From Eledone cirrhosa (taxonomy: Eukaryota), in assembly GCA_964016885.1 (NCBI GenBank), contig OZ024749.1, positions 53,258,001 through 53,322,000 of the forward strand: DNA of 64,000 nt, read 5' to 3'. Position numbers and translations under genes: made by a program. The notes beneath the pieces were generated by a model. The model was not told where the DNA came from. It saw nothing but the letters and a program-made list of their open reading frames with translations, and searched no databases. Shown here piece after piece: positions 1 through 13,879 of the stretch (positions are counted from its first letter, which is position 1; each line of letters starts with the position of its first letter).

Positions 1-47
1 ACGTACACACATATATATGTGTGTCCGTATGCATACTTACAAATATA

Positions 48-83
<36 letters not shown>

Positions 84-87
<4 letters not shown>

Positions 88-151
88 GTCTAAAGTCTGT
101 CTTAAGTCAGTGCTTATCTTTGCTTAAACTTTAATCTGTTATTTTAATAAA
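84..151 (+). mobile_element. Short fragment of fold-back family A
   Basis: tctttgcttaaactttaatctgttattttaataaat matches 56191-56226 and, with one mismatch, 62863-62895; flanked by (TA)n. Confidence 0.55.
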
Positions 152-170
152 TATATATATATATATATAT

Positions 171-319
171 AGAATCGAGACATATCCGAGGATCTTGCGA
201 TTTCAGAGTCAGGTTTGATCACTGCATCGATCGTGCCTCGAGCTGGTCGCCAGAGAAACGATTGTAATATGTCTAATAAATCTTATTCGTCGCACCACTG
301 ATTCTCCGTTTCTTATGTG

Positions 320-321
<2 letters not shown>
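171..321 (+). mobile_element. (TA)n-embedded repeat family B, copy 1
   Basis: ~95 nt (catcgatcgtgcctcgagctggtcgccagagaaacgattgta...cttatgtga) nearly identical to 55819-55914; both end in (TA)n. Confidence 0.6.
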
Positions 322-373
<52 letters not shown>

Positions 374-374
<1 letters not shown>

Positions 375-710
375 TAATGGACATATATACACACACCTAA
401 CTGTATTTTCTTGATATATTTTTATATATTTCATTGGTCTATTTAAAATCTGTTCCCAAACAGACCTGTAATTTTGAATTGTTGTTATTATCAATAAATA
501 TACTTCATTATTTCTGAAGACGGCATATGTATGTGTTGGTATGTATATTCTATTTGATAGTTTGTATAATTTTGTTTAATTTTGTACATAGATCTTTTGA
601 ATATGCATGCCAATTCTAACACATATATGTCCTAGAAACGATCGTTAAATAATGAACTTTTTTTGTTTAATATAAGGAACTGTTTCATTGTTTTATTCAT
701 TATTTTTTTA

Positions 711-720
<10 letters not shown>
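374..720 (+). mobile_element. Probable Penelope-like element (PLE) terminal fragment carrying the hammerhead, between (TA)n tracts
   Basis: Unique AT-rich segment flanked on both sides by long (TA)n and containing a type I hammerhead. PLE terminal repeats are known to carry such ribozymes. Confidence 0.5.
504..656 (+). ncRNA. Type I hammerhead ribozyme with ~115-nt extended stem II
   Basis: ttcattattt(504-513)-CTGAAGA(514-520)-stem II (atatgtatgtgttgg / ctaacacatatatgt, 15 bp with G-U)-GAAAC gatc GTT(635-646)-aaataatgaa(647-656). Stem I is a perfect 10 bp; stem III is palindromic (ACGAUCGU). Confidence 0.75.
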
Positions 721-781
<61 letters not shown>

Positions 782-783
<2 letters not shown>

Positions 784-952
784 CGAAGGAAATGTGGTAA
801 GGAACCAGGCGGACCATAACGCACCAAAGTACTCAATACTTAGGGTAGTAGAGTGGGTAATAGGAACGAGTAGGACCCCGACGGCTGAGCTCAAGCCGTT
901 TCTAGCCGTCGAAACGGCTTGAGCTCAGCCGTCGGGGTCCTACTCGTTCCTA
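782..952. mobile_element. Fold-back element family C, copy 1 (80-nt tail + 42-bp perfect inverted repeat)
   Basis: 861-902 is the exact reverse complement of 911-952 (8-nt loop); flanked by (TA)n; homologous to 7836-8002. Confidence 0.75.
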
Positions 953-982
953 TATATATATATATATATATAGGTGTATGTA

Positions 983-1019
<37 letters not shown>

Positions 1020-1484
1020 GGGGAAGAAGATGGTTGTAGAATGTATCTATGTAGATGTCTTCTAGAGATGGAGGTAATTGTGAAACGATATATCTACCAA
1101 CACTGTATAATTACGTGACAAGATATATAACGGTGTCTAGACAGTATCTACTTTACAACAACAACAACAACACCATCAACAGTAGTAGCAGCAGCAGCTG
1201 ACAGAACAACAACAATAACAACAACATCAACAGTGGTAGCAGCAGCAGCTGACAGAACAACAACAATAACAACAGCAGCAGCTGACAGAACAACAACAAC
1301 AACAACATCAGCAACAGCAACAATAATAATAATAAATATATTTGATATAATTCGCTTCTTTTTACACTCTTCCATCATAACTGACATTATGATGATGATG
1401 ATGATGATAAATATATGGGTGGTGGTGGTGGTGGTGGTGGAAAGAATGATGATGCTTATGATGATAATGATGATGATAATAAAA

Positions 1485-1607
1485 TGATTTCTAATACAGG
1501 CACAAGGCCAGCAATTTGGCGGAAGGGGAAAGTCGATTAAATCGACGCCAGTACATTACTGGTACTTTATTTTATCGACCCCGTAAGGATGAAAGGCAAA
1601 GTCAACA
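1485..1607 (-). mobile_element. Dominant SINE, 3' half
   Basis: Matches the reverse complement of the family core and 3' end. Confidence 0.8.
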
Positions 1608-2360
1608 CTCCACCATAATAATAGTTATAAATTAGAAAGCGTGGATCAGTGGAGCCTCATAAATCTGTATATTTCTGATAAAATAGAAATATGATGTTGT
1701 GGTATTCATGCCTTTCTAAATGACATTGACATCGTGAATAAAATGAAACCGGGTGAAGGAAACATCTTATCAATGTGTATATATATATATATATGTGTGA
1801 GCATGTATGTATGTAAATATATATATATATATATATATATGTTTGTATATGTATGTAAGTATTCATGCATCATGTACGCATGAGTGTATGCAAATATGTA
1901 TATATGTATATGTATGTATGCATATATGTATGTATGTATATATATATATATGTGTGTGTGTATGTATGTGTGTGTGTGTGTACATACGTATGTATGTATA
2001 TGTGTGTGTGTGTGTACGTATATGTGTGTGTGTGTGTGTGTGTGTACGTACGTATGTATGTATATGTGTGTGTGTGTGTATGTATGCATGTATGTATGCA
2101 TGGCTGTGTGTGTATGTACGTACGTATGTATGTGTGTGTGTGTGTGTACGTATGTATGTATATATGTATGTGTGTGTGTATGTATTTGTGTGTGTGTGTA
2201 CGTACGTACGTACATACGTATGTATGTATGTGTGTGTGTGTGTATGCTAGCGTGTGACTGTCTGTTTTACTAACAATATATTTTTCACAGATACTCATTC
2301 ATCCATTTAGACAGAAGAGAATCAATTCTGAGAACACATTACCTCATTACACGCATGCTC

Positions 2361-2411
<51 letters not shown>

Positions 2412-2550
2412 TACATATATACATACATGTACACGCATACGGTATTATAGGCAGTCGTACACTAATGCAGATATGTCCATTAAAACACACGTTGATGTGT
2501 GTGTGTATATATATATGTGTGTATGTTTATATATATATATATATGTGTAT

Positions 2551-2598
<48 letters not shown>

Positions 2599-2599
2599 T

Positions 2600-2630
<31 letters not shown>

Positions 2631-2782
2631 TTATATATATATATACACAGTATTATGGAAAGTCGTACACCAATGCAGACGCACAAGTCCACTAAAACCC
2701 ACGTTATGTATATATACATATATATATATGCATATGTGTATATACACACATGATGTATATATATATATACATACACACACTG

Positions 2783-2815
<33 letters not shown>

Positions 2816-2824
2816 CACACATGG

Positions 2825-2865
<41 letters not shown>

Positions 2866-3214
2866 CACGCGCACTGTGATGCATATATATATATACAGAC
2901 ACACACAAACATATACAGTGATATATATAATCATATATATATACACATACAAACACATACAGTGATGTACTGATCAACACATGCATGAATGAGTTAAACG
3001 ACTGTTTTCTTTTGATCCTGGCAAGATGGCCGTCGATAGCGAGCAATTTAAGATGGAGGTTATTGCGTGTTGCGAGCTCAAGAAATAATTGCCTTCGCCA
3101 TAATGAGATTTGTCTGGTAAAACCAGGCTGTTTAATATTGCCTACTGAGAGATTGGGAATGATAGAGGTAGAGATAGATAGCGTGAGAGATAAATAGGGA
3201 TTGATAGAGCGGGA

Positions 3215-3246
<32 letters not shown>

Positions 3247-3663
3247 TGAGAGAGTGAGAAAGAACTAGAGATAAATAAAAGATAGAAAGTGAGGAGGAGA
3301 AAGAGATAGATAGATAGAAATAGGGATAGATAGTTACACACACACACGCACACACACATATACATATACATATACATATATATATATATATACAGAGAGA
3401 GAGAGAGAGAAATATATGAAAAGAGATAGGGATAAATAGAGATAGCTATATTTCTTTATTTGCCACAATAGATAGAATGATAGATACAGTGATAGATAGA
3501 AAGAGAGGAAGCTATGTGAATGATGTGAAAAGAGGAAAGCTGCAGAGGAAAGAAATGAAAAAGAGAAAAAAAAACTGCAATAATTCGCCGTCTTTCGTTG
3601 TTTCCCTCCATATGTTAGACTATATCATGATGTTAATATACAGATAAATATCTGCTGGAATAT

Positions 3664-4233
3664 TAGCTACTACTACTGCTAATACTACTACTACTACTGC
3701 TAATACTACTACTACTACTGCTAATACTACTACTACTACTACTTCTACTACTACTACTATTGCTAATAATACTACTGCTAATACTACTACTACTACTAAT
3801 ACTACTACTGCTACTACTACTATTGCTAATAATACTACTGCTAATACTACTACTACTGCTACTACTACTACTACTGCTAATACTACTACTACTACTACTG
3901 CTAATACTACTACTACTACTGCTAATACTACTACTACTATTGCTAATAATACTACTGCTAATACTACTACTGCTAATACTACTACTACTACTGCTAATAC
4001 TACTACTGCTAATACTACTACTACTACTGCTAATACTACTACTACTATTGCTAATAATACTACTACTACTGCTAATACTACTACTACTATTGCTAATAAT
4101 ACTACTACTATTGCTAATAATACTACTACTACTGCTAATACTACTACTACTGCTACTACTACTGCTAATACTACTACCACTACTACTGCTAATACTACTA
4201 CTACTACTATTACTACTACTGCTGCTGCTGCTG

Positions 4234-4269
<36 letters not shown>

Positions 4270-4331
4270 TTATCATTAACTATCTGGTGGAATATTAGCT
4301 ACTGTTACTTCTGCTGCTGCTGCTGCTGCTG

Positions 4332-4368
<37 letters not shown>

Positions 4369-4517
4369 CATTACTGTTACTACTACTATTGCTGCTGCTA
4401 CTACTACTAGTACTACTACTACTACTGCTGCTAGTACTACTACTACTGCTGCTGCTGCTACTACTACTACTACTATTGCTAGTACTACTACTGCTGATGC
4501 TACTACTACTACTACTA
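3664..4517. repeat. Compound (TAC/TAA/TGC)n trinucleotide array
   Basis: Direct reading; the 5' flank tatctg-tggaatattagctact recurs at 3650 and 4281. Confidence 0.95.
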
Positions 4518-4599
4518 GAGAGAGAGTTAGAGAGTACATGCAGCATTCATGTGAAGCCTCAAACCCCATTACATGCAGAGAACAGAAAATAGAGTACTG

Positions 4600-6522
4600 A
4601 GGAGAGAGTACACAGAGAAAACAGGGAGAAGCGAGGCCACAGGGAGACTAGAGAGAAGAGAGACGACAAGGAGAAGGGAGACCAGAGAGAGACCACAAAG
4701 AGAAGAGAGAGCGCAGAGAGACCTCAGAGAGACGACAGGGAGACGACAGAGAGAAGGGAGACGACAGAGAGAAGAGAGACGACAGAGAGAAGAGAGAAGG
4801 GAGACCAGAGAGAGACCACAGAGAGACCACAAAGAGAAGAGAGAGCGCAGAGAGACCACAGAGAGACCACAGAAAGGAGAGAGACCTCAGAGAGACGACA
4901 GGGAGACCACAGAGAGAAGAGAGACCTCAGAGATACGACAGGGAGACGACAGAGAGACCTCAGAGAGACGGCAGAGAGACGACAGGGAAACCACAGAGGG
5001 AAGAGAGACCTCAGAGAGACGACAGGGAGACCACAGAGAGAAGAGAGACCTCAGAGAGATGACAGGGAGACGACAGAGAGAAGAGAGACGACAGGGAGAC
5101 GACAGAGAGAAGAGAGACGACAGAGAGAAGAGAGACGACAGAGAGAAGAGAGACGACAGAGAGAAGTGAGACGACAGAGAGAAGTGAGACGACAGAGAGA
5201 AGTGAGACGACAGAGAGAAGTGAGACGACAGAGAGAAGTGAGACGACAGAGAGACCTCAGAGAGACGACAGAGAGACCTCAGAGAGACGACAGAGAGACC
5301 TCAGAGAGACGACAGAGAGACCTCAGAGAGACGACAGAGAGACCTCAGAGAGACGACAGGGAGACCTCAGAGAGACGACAGGGAGACCTCAGAGAGACGA
5401 CAGGGAGACCACAGAGAGAAGAGAGACCTCAGAGAGACGACAGGGAGACCACAGAGAGAAGAGAGACGACAGGGAGACCACAGAGAGAAGAGAGACGACA
5501 GGGAGACCACAGAGAGAAGAGAGACGACAGAGGGACCTCAGAGAGACGACAGGGAGACCTCAGAGAGACGACAGGGAGACTACAGAGAGAAGAGAGACGA
5601 CAGAGAGAGACCCCAGAGAGACGACAGGGAGACGACAGAGGGACCTCAGAGAGACGACAGGGACACCACAGAGAGAAGAGAGACGACAGGGAGACCACAG
5701 AGAGAAGAGAGACGACAGGGAGACCACAGAGAGAAGAGAGACGACAGGGAGACCACAGAGAGAAGAGAGACGACAGGGAGACCACAGAGAGAAGAGAGAC
5801 GACAGGGAGACCACAGAGAGAAGAGAGACGACAGGGAGACCACAGAGAGAAGAGAGACGACAGAGGGACCTCAGAGAGAAGAGAGACGACAGAGGGACCT
5901 CAGAGAGACGACAGGGAGACGACAGAGGGACCTCAGAGAGACGACAGGGAGACGACAGAGGAACCTCAGAGAGACGACAGAGGGACCTCAGGGAGACGAC
6001 AGAGAGACGACAGAGGGACCTCAGAGAGACGACAGAGGGACCTTAGAGAGACGACAGGGAGACCTCAGAGAGAAGAGAGACGACAGGGAGACCTCAGAGA
6101 GACGACAGGGAGACCTCAGAGAGACGACAGGGAGACGACAGAGGGACCTCAGAGAGACTACAGGGAGACCTCAGAGAGACGACAGGGAGACCTCAGGGAG
6201 ACGACAGGGAGACGGCAGAGGGACCTCAGAGAGACGACAGGGAGACGACAGAGAGAAGAGAGACCACAGAGAGACCTCAGAGAGACGACAGGGAGACGAC
6301 AGAGGGACCTCAGAGAGACTACAGGGAGACCACAGAGAGAAGAGAGACCACAGAGAGACCTCAGGGAGACCTCAGAGAGACGACAGGGAGACGACAGAGG
6401 GACCTCAGAGAGACTACAGGGAGACCTCAGAGAGACGACAGGGAGACCTCAGGGAGACGACAGGGAGACGGCAGAGGGACCTCAGAGAGACGACAGGGAG
6501 ACCACAGAGAGAAGAGAGACGA
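4600..6522. repeat. 1.9-kb purine-rich modular minisatellite
   Basis: Built from ~7-11-nt modules (cagagagacga, cagggagacca, cagagagacct, gagagaa). Confidence 0.95.
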
Positions 6523-6849
6523 CACTTCCGATGTCTGTAGACTCAGTAAAACTCCAAACATTTACCAATACAAGATACAGCTGACAATGTCGGTCCTTAT
6601 TGTTCCAGACAATTCTCTATTACTGTGTTAATCATATAAACACTAATCTATCTTCTATATCACAATTGAGGAACATGGCTGCTAAAAAACCCCTTTTGAA
6701 ACCTTCCGAATTCTTCAGCACTTAGTCACAGATATCTCGGTTCCTTCCTTTCTCTTTTCTTGTTAACTTAGACACGGAATTATTACCAATATGTTAATAG
6801 ACACACTATCTATGGAGTGCAATGACGCATTGTAGCAGACATTGTGTAC

Positions 6850-6850
<1 letters not shown>

Positions 6851-6888
<38 letters not shown>

Positions 6889-6932
6889 TATATATATATA
6901 TATAGATATAGATATATACATCTATATATACA

Positions 6933-7001
<69 letters not shown>

Positions 7002-7107
7002 TATATATATATACACATCTATATATATATATATATATACACATTATATATATATACACATCTATATATATATATATATATATACACATTATATATATAT
7101 ACACATC

Positions 7108-7188
<81 letters not shown>

Positions 7189-7420
7189 TATATATATATA
7201 TATATATATATACACATCTATATATATACATCTATATATACATCTATATATACACATCTATATATACACATCTATATATATACATCTATATATACACATC
7301 TATATATACACATCTATATATATACATCTATATATACATCTATATATATACATCTATATATATACATCTATATATATACATCTATATATATACATCTATA
7401 TATACATCTATATATATACA

Positions 7421-7454
<34 letters not shown>

Positions 7455-7649
7455 CATCTATATATATACATCTCTCTCTCTATATATATATACATTTTAG
7501 TACAGCATTTACGAAGCTTTAGTATACGGCCAAGCTAGCGTGTATGCATAATCGGTCTGTAGCTTGAGCACTCAGATGAGGTAAGACCCCAGAGTAATAA
7601 CATTACGTTCAGACAGCTTAGTAAATATATATATATATATATATATACA

Positions 7650-7699
<50 letters not shown>

Positions 7700-7713
7700 T
7701 ATATATATATATA

Positions 7714-7753
<40 letters not shown>

Positions 7754-7836
7754 TATATATATATATAGATGTATATATATATACATCTATATATATATAT
7801 ATACATCTATACATATATATATATATATATATATAT
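6851..7836. repeat. (TA)n / tatacatc compound microsatellite
   Basis: Direct reading; interrupted by a unique segment at 7495-7622. Confidence 0.95.
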
Positions 7837-8002
7837 AATGAGGGAATTGTGGTAAGGAACCAGATGGACCATAACGCACCAGAGTACTCAATACTTAGGG
7901 TAGTAGGGTGGGTAATAGGAAAATGTATGACCCCGACGGCAGAGATCAAAAATAGCCGTCGAAATGGCTTGAGCTCTGCCGTCGGGGTCATACATTTTCC
8001 TA
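7836..8002. mobile_element. Fold-back element family C, copy 2
   Basis: Homologous to 782-952; arms 7916-7949 / 7969-8002 (one mismatch); flanked by (TA)n. Confidence 0.75.
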
Positions 8003-8015
8003 TATATATATATAA

Positions 8016-8043
<28 letters not shown>

Positions 8044-8046
<3 letters not shown>

Positions 8047-8120
8047 AGTAATGGTCTAACTGGTTTTTACCGCCTCCAATCTGATATATATATATATATG
8101 TGTGTATGTGTGTATGTGTG

Positions 8121-8165
<45 letters not shown>

Positions 8166-8226
8166 CAGATTGGAGGCGGTAAAAACCAGTTAGACCATTA
8201 CTCACCAGAGTACTCGAAACTTGGGC
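8044..8226. mobile_element. Inverted pair of family-C-related termini around a microsatellite
   Basis: 8044-8083 is the reverse complement of 8166-8205; ggtaaaaaccagttagaccattactcaccagagtactc resembles the family C tail (ggtaaggaaccagatggaccataacgcaccagagtactc). Confidence 0.65.
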
Positions 8227-8281
<55 letters not shown>

Positions 8282-8348
8282 CATATGTATATATATATAC
8301 ATACATATGTGTGTATATATACATACATATGTGTGTATATATACATAC

Positions 8349-8389
<41 letters not shown>

Positions 8390-8802
8390 CATGCATATAT
8401 ATATGTGTGTGTATACTTATTTATACACATACATACATATATACATTCACACACAACACATACACACACACATATATACATCTATAAAGAGTCAGGGAGA
8501 AAGGTGAAGGAGAGAGAAAGACAAATGATGAACCCAATAGATGGAACATCCATTTTGGTAAATCCGAAGAAATGTGTTCCTTTGTAGTAAAGATATAAAA
8601 AAGACAAAGTGAAAAATCCAGCCTATATTATGTAAATCAGTATTTATGGTGTGTTGGTGAGTCAATGTTTGTTGACTTGACCGCAGTGACTGTGTGACCC
8701 AGTGACCTTTCCATTAAATCCTGCCGATGACTGTATGTATGAATGACACTGTCTCAGACATGTGAGAAGCAATCTTTTGTAGTAGTAGCACTCCTTTATA
8801 GT

Positions 8803-8975
8803 AATTACTGGTACTTTATAGTTGTATAAAGACCCGTAACTCTATGTCGCAAAGCATGGTCTCTGATGCGCTGCCGATTCTGCCAATCCACCGCCTTAAA
8901 CCATATTAGAATAATTGTTCCTACTTTTGGCAAAAGACCAGCAATTATCCCATTACATTACTGGTACTTTATTTA
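8803..8975 (-). mobile_element. Dominant SINE, two deleted fragments
   Basis: Head (gccgattctgccaatccaccgcc) and 3' pieces present. Confidence 0.65.
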
Positions 8976-9764
8976 TTATTATAAATGGAAGGATCGGTAG
9001 AGCGCCGGATAATTGAGATGAAGTCATTCCCACTTGAAAAACAGGTTCCGTGGGGTGGAATTGCTGGTGCAGCAGGTATCGCTGGCTATCTATATATTGT
9101 CCTGTTGCAGCTGAGGTATGTTACCCAGACAGAGTTAGCCTCACCCCAGTCCCTAGCCACAACCACCACCACCTCATTCCACCCATCTCTTTCTTTCTTT
9201 CTTTCTATCTATCTTCCTTTGTTTCTTTGTTTGTTTGTTTGTTTGTTGTTGTTGTTGTTGTCGTTGGTGTTGTCTCTCTTCTTCTTCGTCTTCTTCTCCC
9301 TTCTTCTTCTTCTTCTTCTTCTTCTTTTTCTTTTTCTTTTCTTTTCTTTTCCTTTCCTTTCCTTTCCTTTCCTTTCTTTTCTTTTCTTTCTCTCTTTCCT
9401 TCTAACTGTGTCGTTTTAATTCTATAATAAAATGTCTGCCGTTTCCATTTACTTTGAAGAGAGAGCGTGAAATAAACAAAGAATATTGTCTTTGAAAATA
9501 GAACAGACCCCTCTCCCCCCACCACACACACCACCTCCACCACCCCACACATCCGCTTACCTTCTCATCCTCCCTACCACCATTACACACCTTCCCCCCT
9601 CCACACAATAATTTCTTATATTTATTTCTAAACACTTTGTGAAAAACTAGACAGGTAGATCGTGCTGCAATTCCTTTATATGTCGGCTGCTCTTACATTT
9701 CCACTGTAATAATGCACCAAATTGTTGTTGGTCGTGTTGGTGTTGGTGGTGTTGTTGTTGGTGG

Positions 9765-9795
<31 letters not shown>

Positions 9796-9859
9796 GTTGG
9801 TGGTTGTTGTTGGTGGTGGTGTTGGTGTTCTTGGTGTTGTTCTTTTAATAACACATATA

Positions 9860-10014
<155 letters not shown>

Positions 10015-10061
10015 GTGTGTGTATATATATATATATATGTGTGTGTATATATATATATATA

Positions 10062-10102
<41 letters not shown>

Positions 10103-10556
10103 TGGTGGAGGAGATGCTGTAGGGGGGGAAATATAAAATAAAGTCAATTCTGAACTGTTAAATGTTTTATCGATAATTTTAGCACAGCATAGATTTGTTC
10201 TCATATACGACAGAGACTGGTTGGTGGTGTGGTGGTGGTGTGTTGTTGTTGGTGGGTGATGGTGGTGGTGTAGGCGGCGGTGGTGTAGGCGATGGTGGTG
10301 GTGGTGTAGGCGGTGTGTAGGTGTCGAAGAAAGCCATCCTATCTATCATCTATATAGACAGAAAGTGATCCAAGTATTTTTCTCTGGTCTTTTGTTTCAT
10401 TTAGACAAAGATTAGGAAAAAAAAAGATTAAGACAAAAAAAAAATTGAGTAAAAAATACAAAACAACAAAAAAAAAAAAAACATAAACATTATTATCAGA
10501 GCAAAGAGTTCTACTTCAATATAGGTTTATTATTGTTATTATTGTTGTTATTATTG

Positions 10557-10775
10557 TTCGGTGGATTGGCAGTATCGGTAGAGGGTTGGACGCCATGCTT
10601 TACAGCATAGAGTTACGGCCCTTTATGATCTGAGTTCAAATCCCGCCGAGGTTAACTTTGTCTTTCATCCTTACGCAGTCGATAAAATAAAGTACCAGTC
10701 ACACACTGGGGTCGATTTAATCGACTTTCCGCTCCCCCAAAATTGCTGGCCTTGTGCCTGTATAAGAAACCATTG
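10557..10775 (+). mobile_element. tRNA-derived SINE (dominant family), full length
   Basis: Head with A-box-like tggcagtatcggta and B-box gagttcaaatcc; core actttgcctttcatccttacggggtcgataaaataaagtaccagt; 3' gctggccttgtgcc...gaaaccatt. Confidence 0.85.
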
Positions 10776-11256
10776 TTGTTGTTTCTTCTACAAGAGATCC
10801 AATGTGGCTTCTGTCCACACAGTTCTACCAAAATACATCAGTTGGAATCATGGCACCATATAATTAAAGACAGTGGAACAGATCTAGTCAATGGTGGTGT
10901 TAATCTTTTTAGACACAGTTTCGTTTTCAGAGAGGAGGGGGGAGGTGCAGTCTCGCCCAGCCCCCACCTCATCCCCACCCCCACCCCATCCCCACCCCCA
11001 CCCCCACACATCCCCACCCCACCACCACCACACATCCCCACACATCCCCACCACCACACATCCCCACCTCACCCCCGCACATCCCCACCCCACCACCACA
11101 CATCCCCACCCCACCACCACAATTTCTCACCATTATATTATTACACTTTCTACACCATTCTCTTCTATTGTTAGAATTTCAATTAGAGAGAAAAAGTGTC
11201 CTAAATATATCATAAATTTACACACGTAGTCAACCCCCCACACGTATATATACACT

Positions 11257-11379
<123 letters not shown>

Positions 11380-11409
11380 AGTCAACCCACCCACACGTAT
11401 ATATACACT

Positions 11410-11454
<45 letters not shown>

Positions 11455-13613
11455 AGTCAACCCACCCACACGTATATATACACACACACACGTAGTCAAC
11501 CCACCCACACGTATATATACATACACACACGTAGTCAACCCCCACACGTATATATATATACACACACACACACGCACACGCACACGCACACGCACACACA
11601 CACATGTAGTCAACCCACCCACACGTATATACACACACGCACACACACATATACACACTTAAACCCCCCCCACACACACATACACACTGACACACACATA
11701 CACACACTCACACACTCTCACATATACACATTCACACGCTCACACATACACACTGACACACACACACTCTCACATACACACACTCACACGCTCACACACA
11801 CACTCACATACACGTACACATATACTCACACATGTGTAGAACGCCCCCACCCTCCCGCTGCACCTCTTTTAATCACACACACAACCACACACATACACAT
11901 ACACACACTCACATGCACATCCACGTGTGTGTGTGTGTGTGTAAGGTTGCAAATGTGTGCCTAGGTCCAACACTGTTTTAGTACACTTGTGCATGTGATT
12001 GGGCGTGTCTGTGAGTGTGTGTATTAGTGTGTGTGTGAGTGTGTGTATTAGCGTGTGTGTGAGTGTGTGTATTAGCGTGTGTGTGTTTGTGTGCATTAGC
12101 GTGTGTGTGTTTGTGTGTATGTTTGTGTATAAGGAGGGCCGGACGAACTGAAAGAGAGAAAGAGGGAAGGAGAGGAGGGGGAGAGAGGGGGAGGGTGTGT
12201 CTAGAGAGAGAAAGAGAAAGACATGTGTGTATGTGTGTGTGAGAGAGAGCAGAGAGAGAGAGAGAGAGAGACAGGAAGTGAGGGAAACGAGAGAATGAAA
12301 AAGACAGAAGTTGAGTGAGAGAGATAGGGAGAGGAGCTGAGAGAGATAGAGGAAAAGAGGCCGAGAGACAGTGAAAGAAAGGAGGAGGAGGAGGCACATG
12401 ATTGGGGGGGGGGTACAGGAGGTGGTGTAGGGGGTGGGGTGGAGGAGATGAGGGCAATAATTCAGCAATGTACGGTGAATGATAGACCGAAGTCGCTGTT
12501 TCGTTAGAAAGGGTTTCAGCACGCAAAGGACTCTTTAAGCACGAAATGATACATAACTATTTGGATTTGCTCTCTTGTAATATCTTGAGAGAGTCAGTGT
12601 GTAGCGTGACAAGACAATAATGAGGTGTGATGGATCGGAGAATTATCTCCACAAGATTGCAAAGTCGTGTATGGCAGCAAATAAAAACCACAAAAAAAAA
12701 AAAGAATTACAAGGCTGTTTTTGTTATATTAAAACGTAGAAATTCCGTAAGCCGAAATACCGTCAGCATACCAGATTATTCTGATAACTCAACAACACTG
12801 ATACGACAGCAATCATTGTTGTTTTGTAAGCAACCGATATATGTTGTTGTTATCAATAGTAGCAATGGCGTGTACAATCAAGAAACACAAAGTCTTACAA
12901 CACACATATATATATGTATATATAAACACACAGAAACACTCACACACACACACAGACGCATATATATATATATATATATATATAAACACACCACACACAC
13001 ATATATATATGTATATATAAACACACCGAAACACTCACACACACACAGACGCATATATATATATATATATATATATATAAACACACCACACACACATATA
13101 TATATGTATATATAAACACACAGAAACACTCACACACACACACACAGACGCATATATATATATATAAATATAGAAACACACCACACATGTATATATATAT
13201 ATAATATATAAACACGCCACACATGTATATATATATATATATGTATATACAAATCATTCAAGGCAAAGATAGATGCAAAAATACAAAGCCTTATTAGTTT
13301 CACGTTTAGGAAGATATATATATAATGTGTGTAAACATATATATAGAGAAATATATATCTTATACACCCACACATATATATATATGTAAATATATATACG
13401 TGTACGCATATTCAATAATCTCCCGTCCCCCCCCTCTCTCTCTCTCTCCATCTCACAAATATTCTGACTCAAAAAATATGAGCTTGCAGGGAAAACCAAC
13501 ATACATACATACATTCATAAATATAATGACATGCACGCAAGTATATATATATATATATATATATTGTTAACTATACGGAATGACCAGTTCTATCCAGTGG
13601 TAAACCATTAAAC

Positions 13614-13667
<54 letters not shown>

Positions 13668-13879
13668 TTTAGGTAATTCCGAAGGAAAAGCAAAGGAAAA
13701 AAGAGTGCTCTATGTATAGAACAGAGCTACTTAATTAGAAAGTGAACAACACAAAATATAACTACTCCATTACCAAAGGTTTCTGGATCACGACGACCAA
13801 TCCAGACGTATGTTAATATTGTCTGGGATCCAGAAACCTTTAGTAATGGAGTAATATTTTGTGTTGTTCACTTTCTAAT
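13668..13879. mobile_element. Fold-back element family D with the 3' half of a hammerhead
   Basis: Arms 13734-13789 / 13827-13879 plus a ~65-nt tail; the minus strand reads GAAA-CC ttt GG-TA-atggag (stem III plus cleavage triplet); microsatellite flanks. Confidence 0.65.

Noticed and set aside
4573-6584. 198-aa and 472-aa R/E/D/Q-rich ORFs
   Set aside because: They are translations of a T-poor minisatellite that cannot easily form stop codons; no evidence of real coding.
10557-10650. tRNA genes
   Set aside because: The A/B boxes belong to SINE heads; no cloverleaf.
10790-10930. Possible exon (EIQCGFCPHSSTKIHQLESWHH...)
   Set aside because: No convincing splice donor or recognisable homology.
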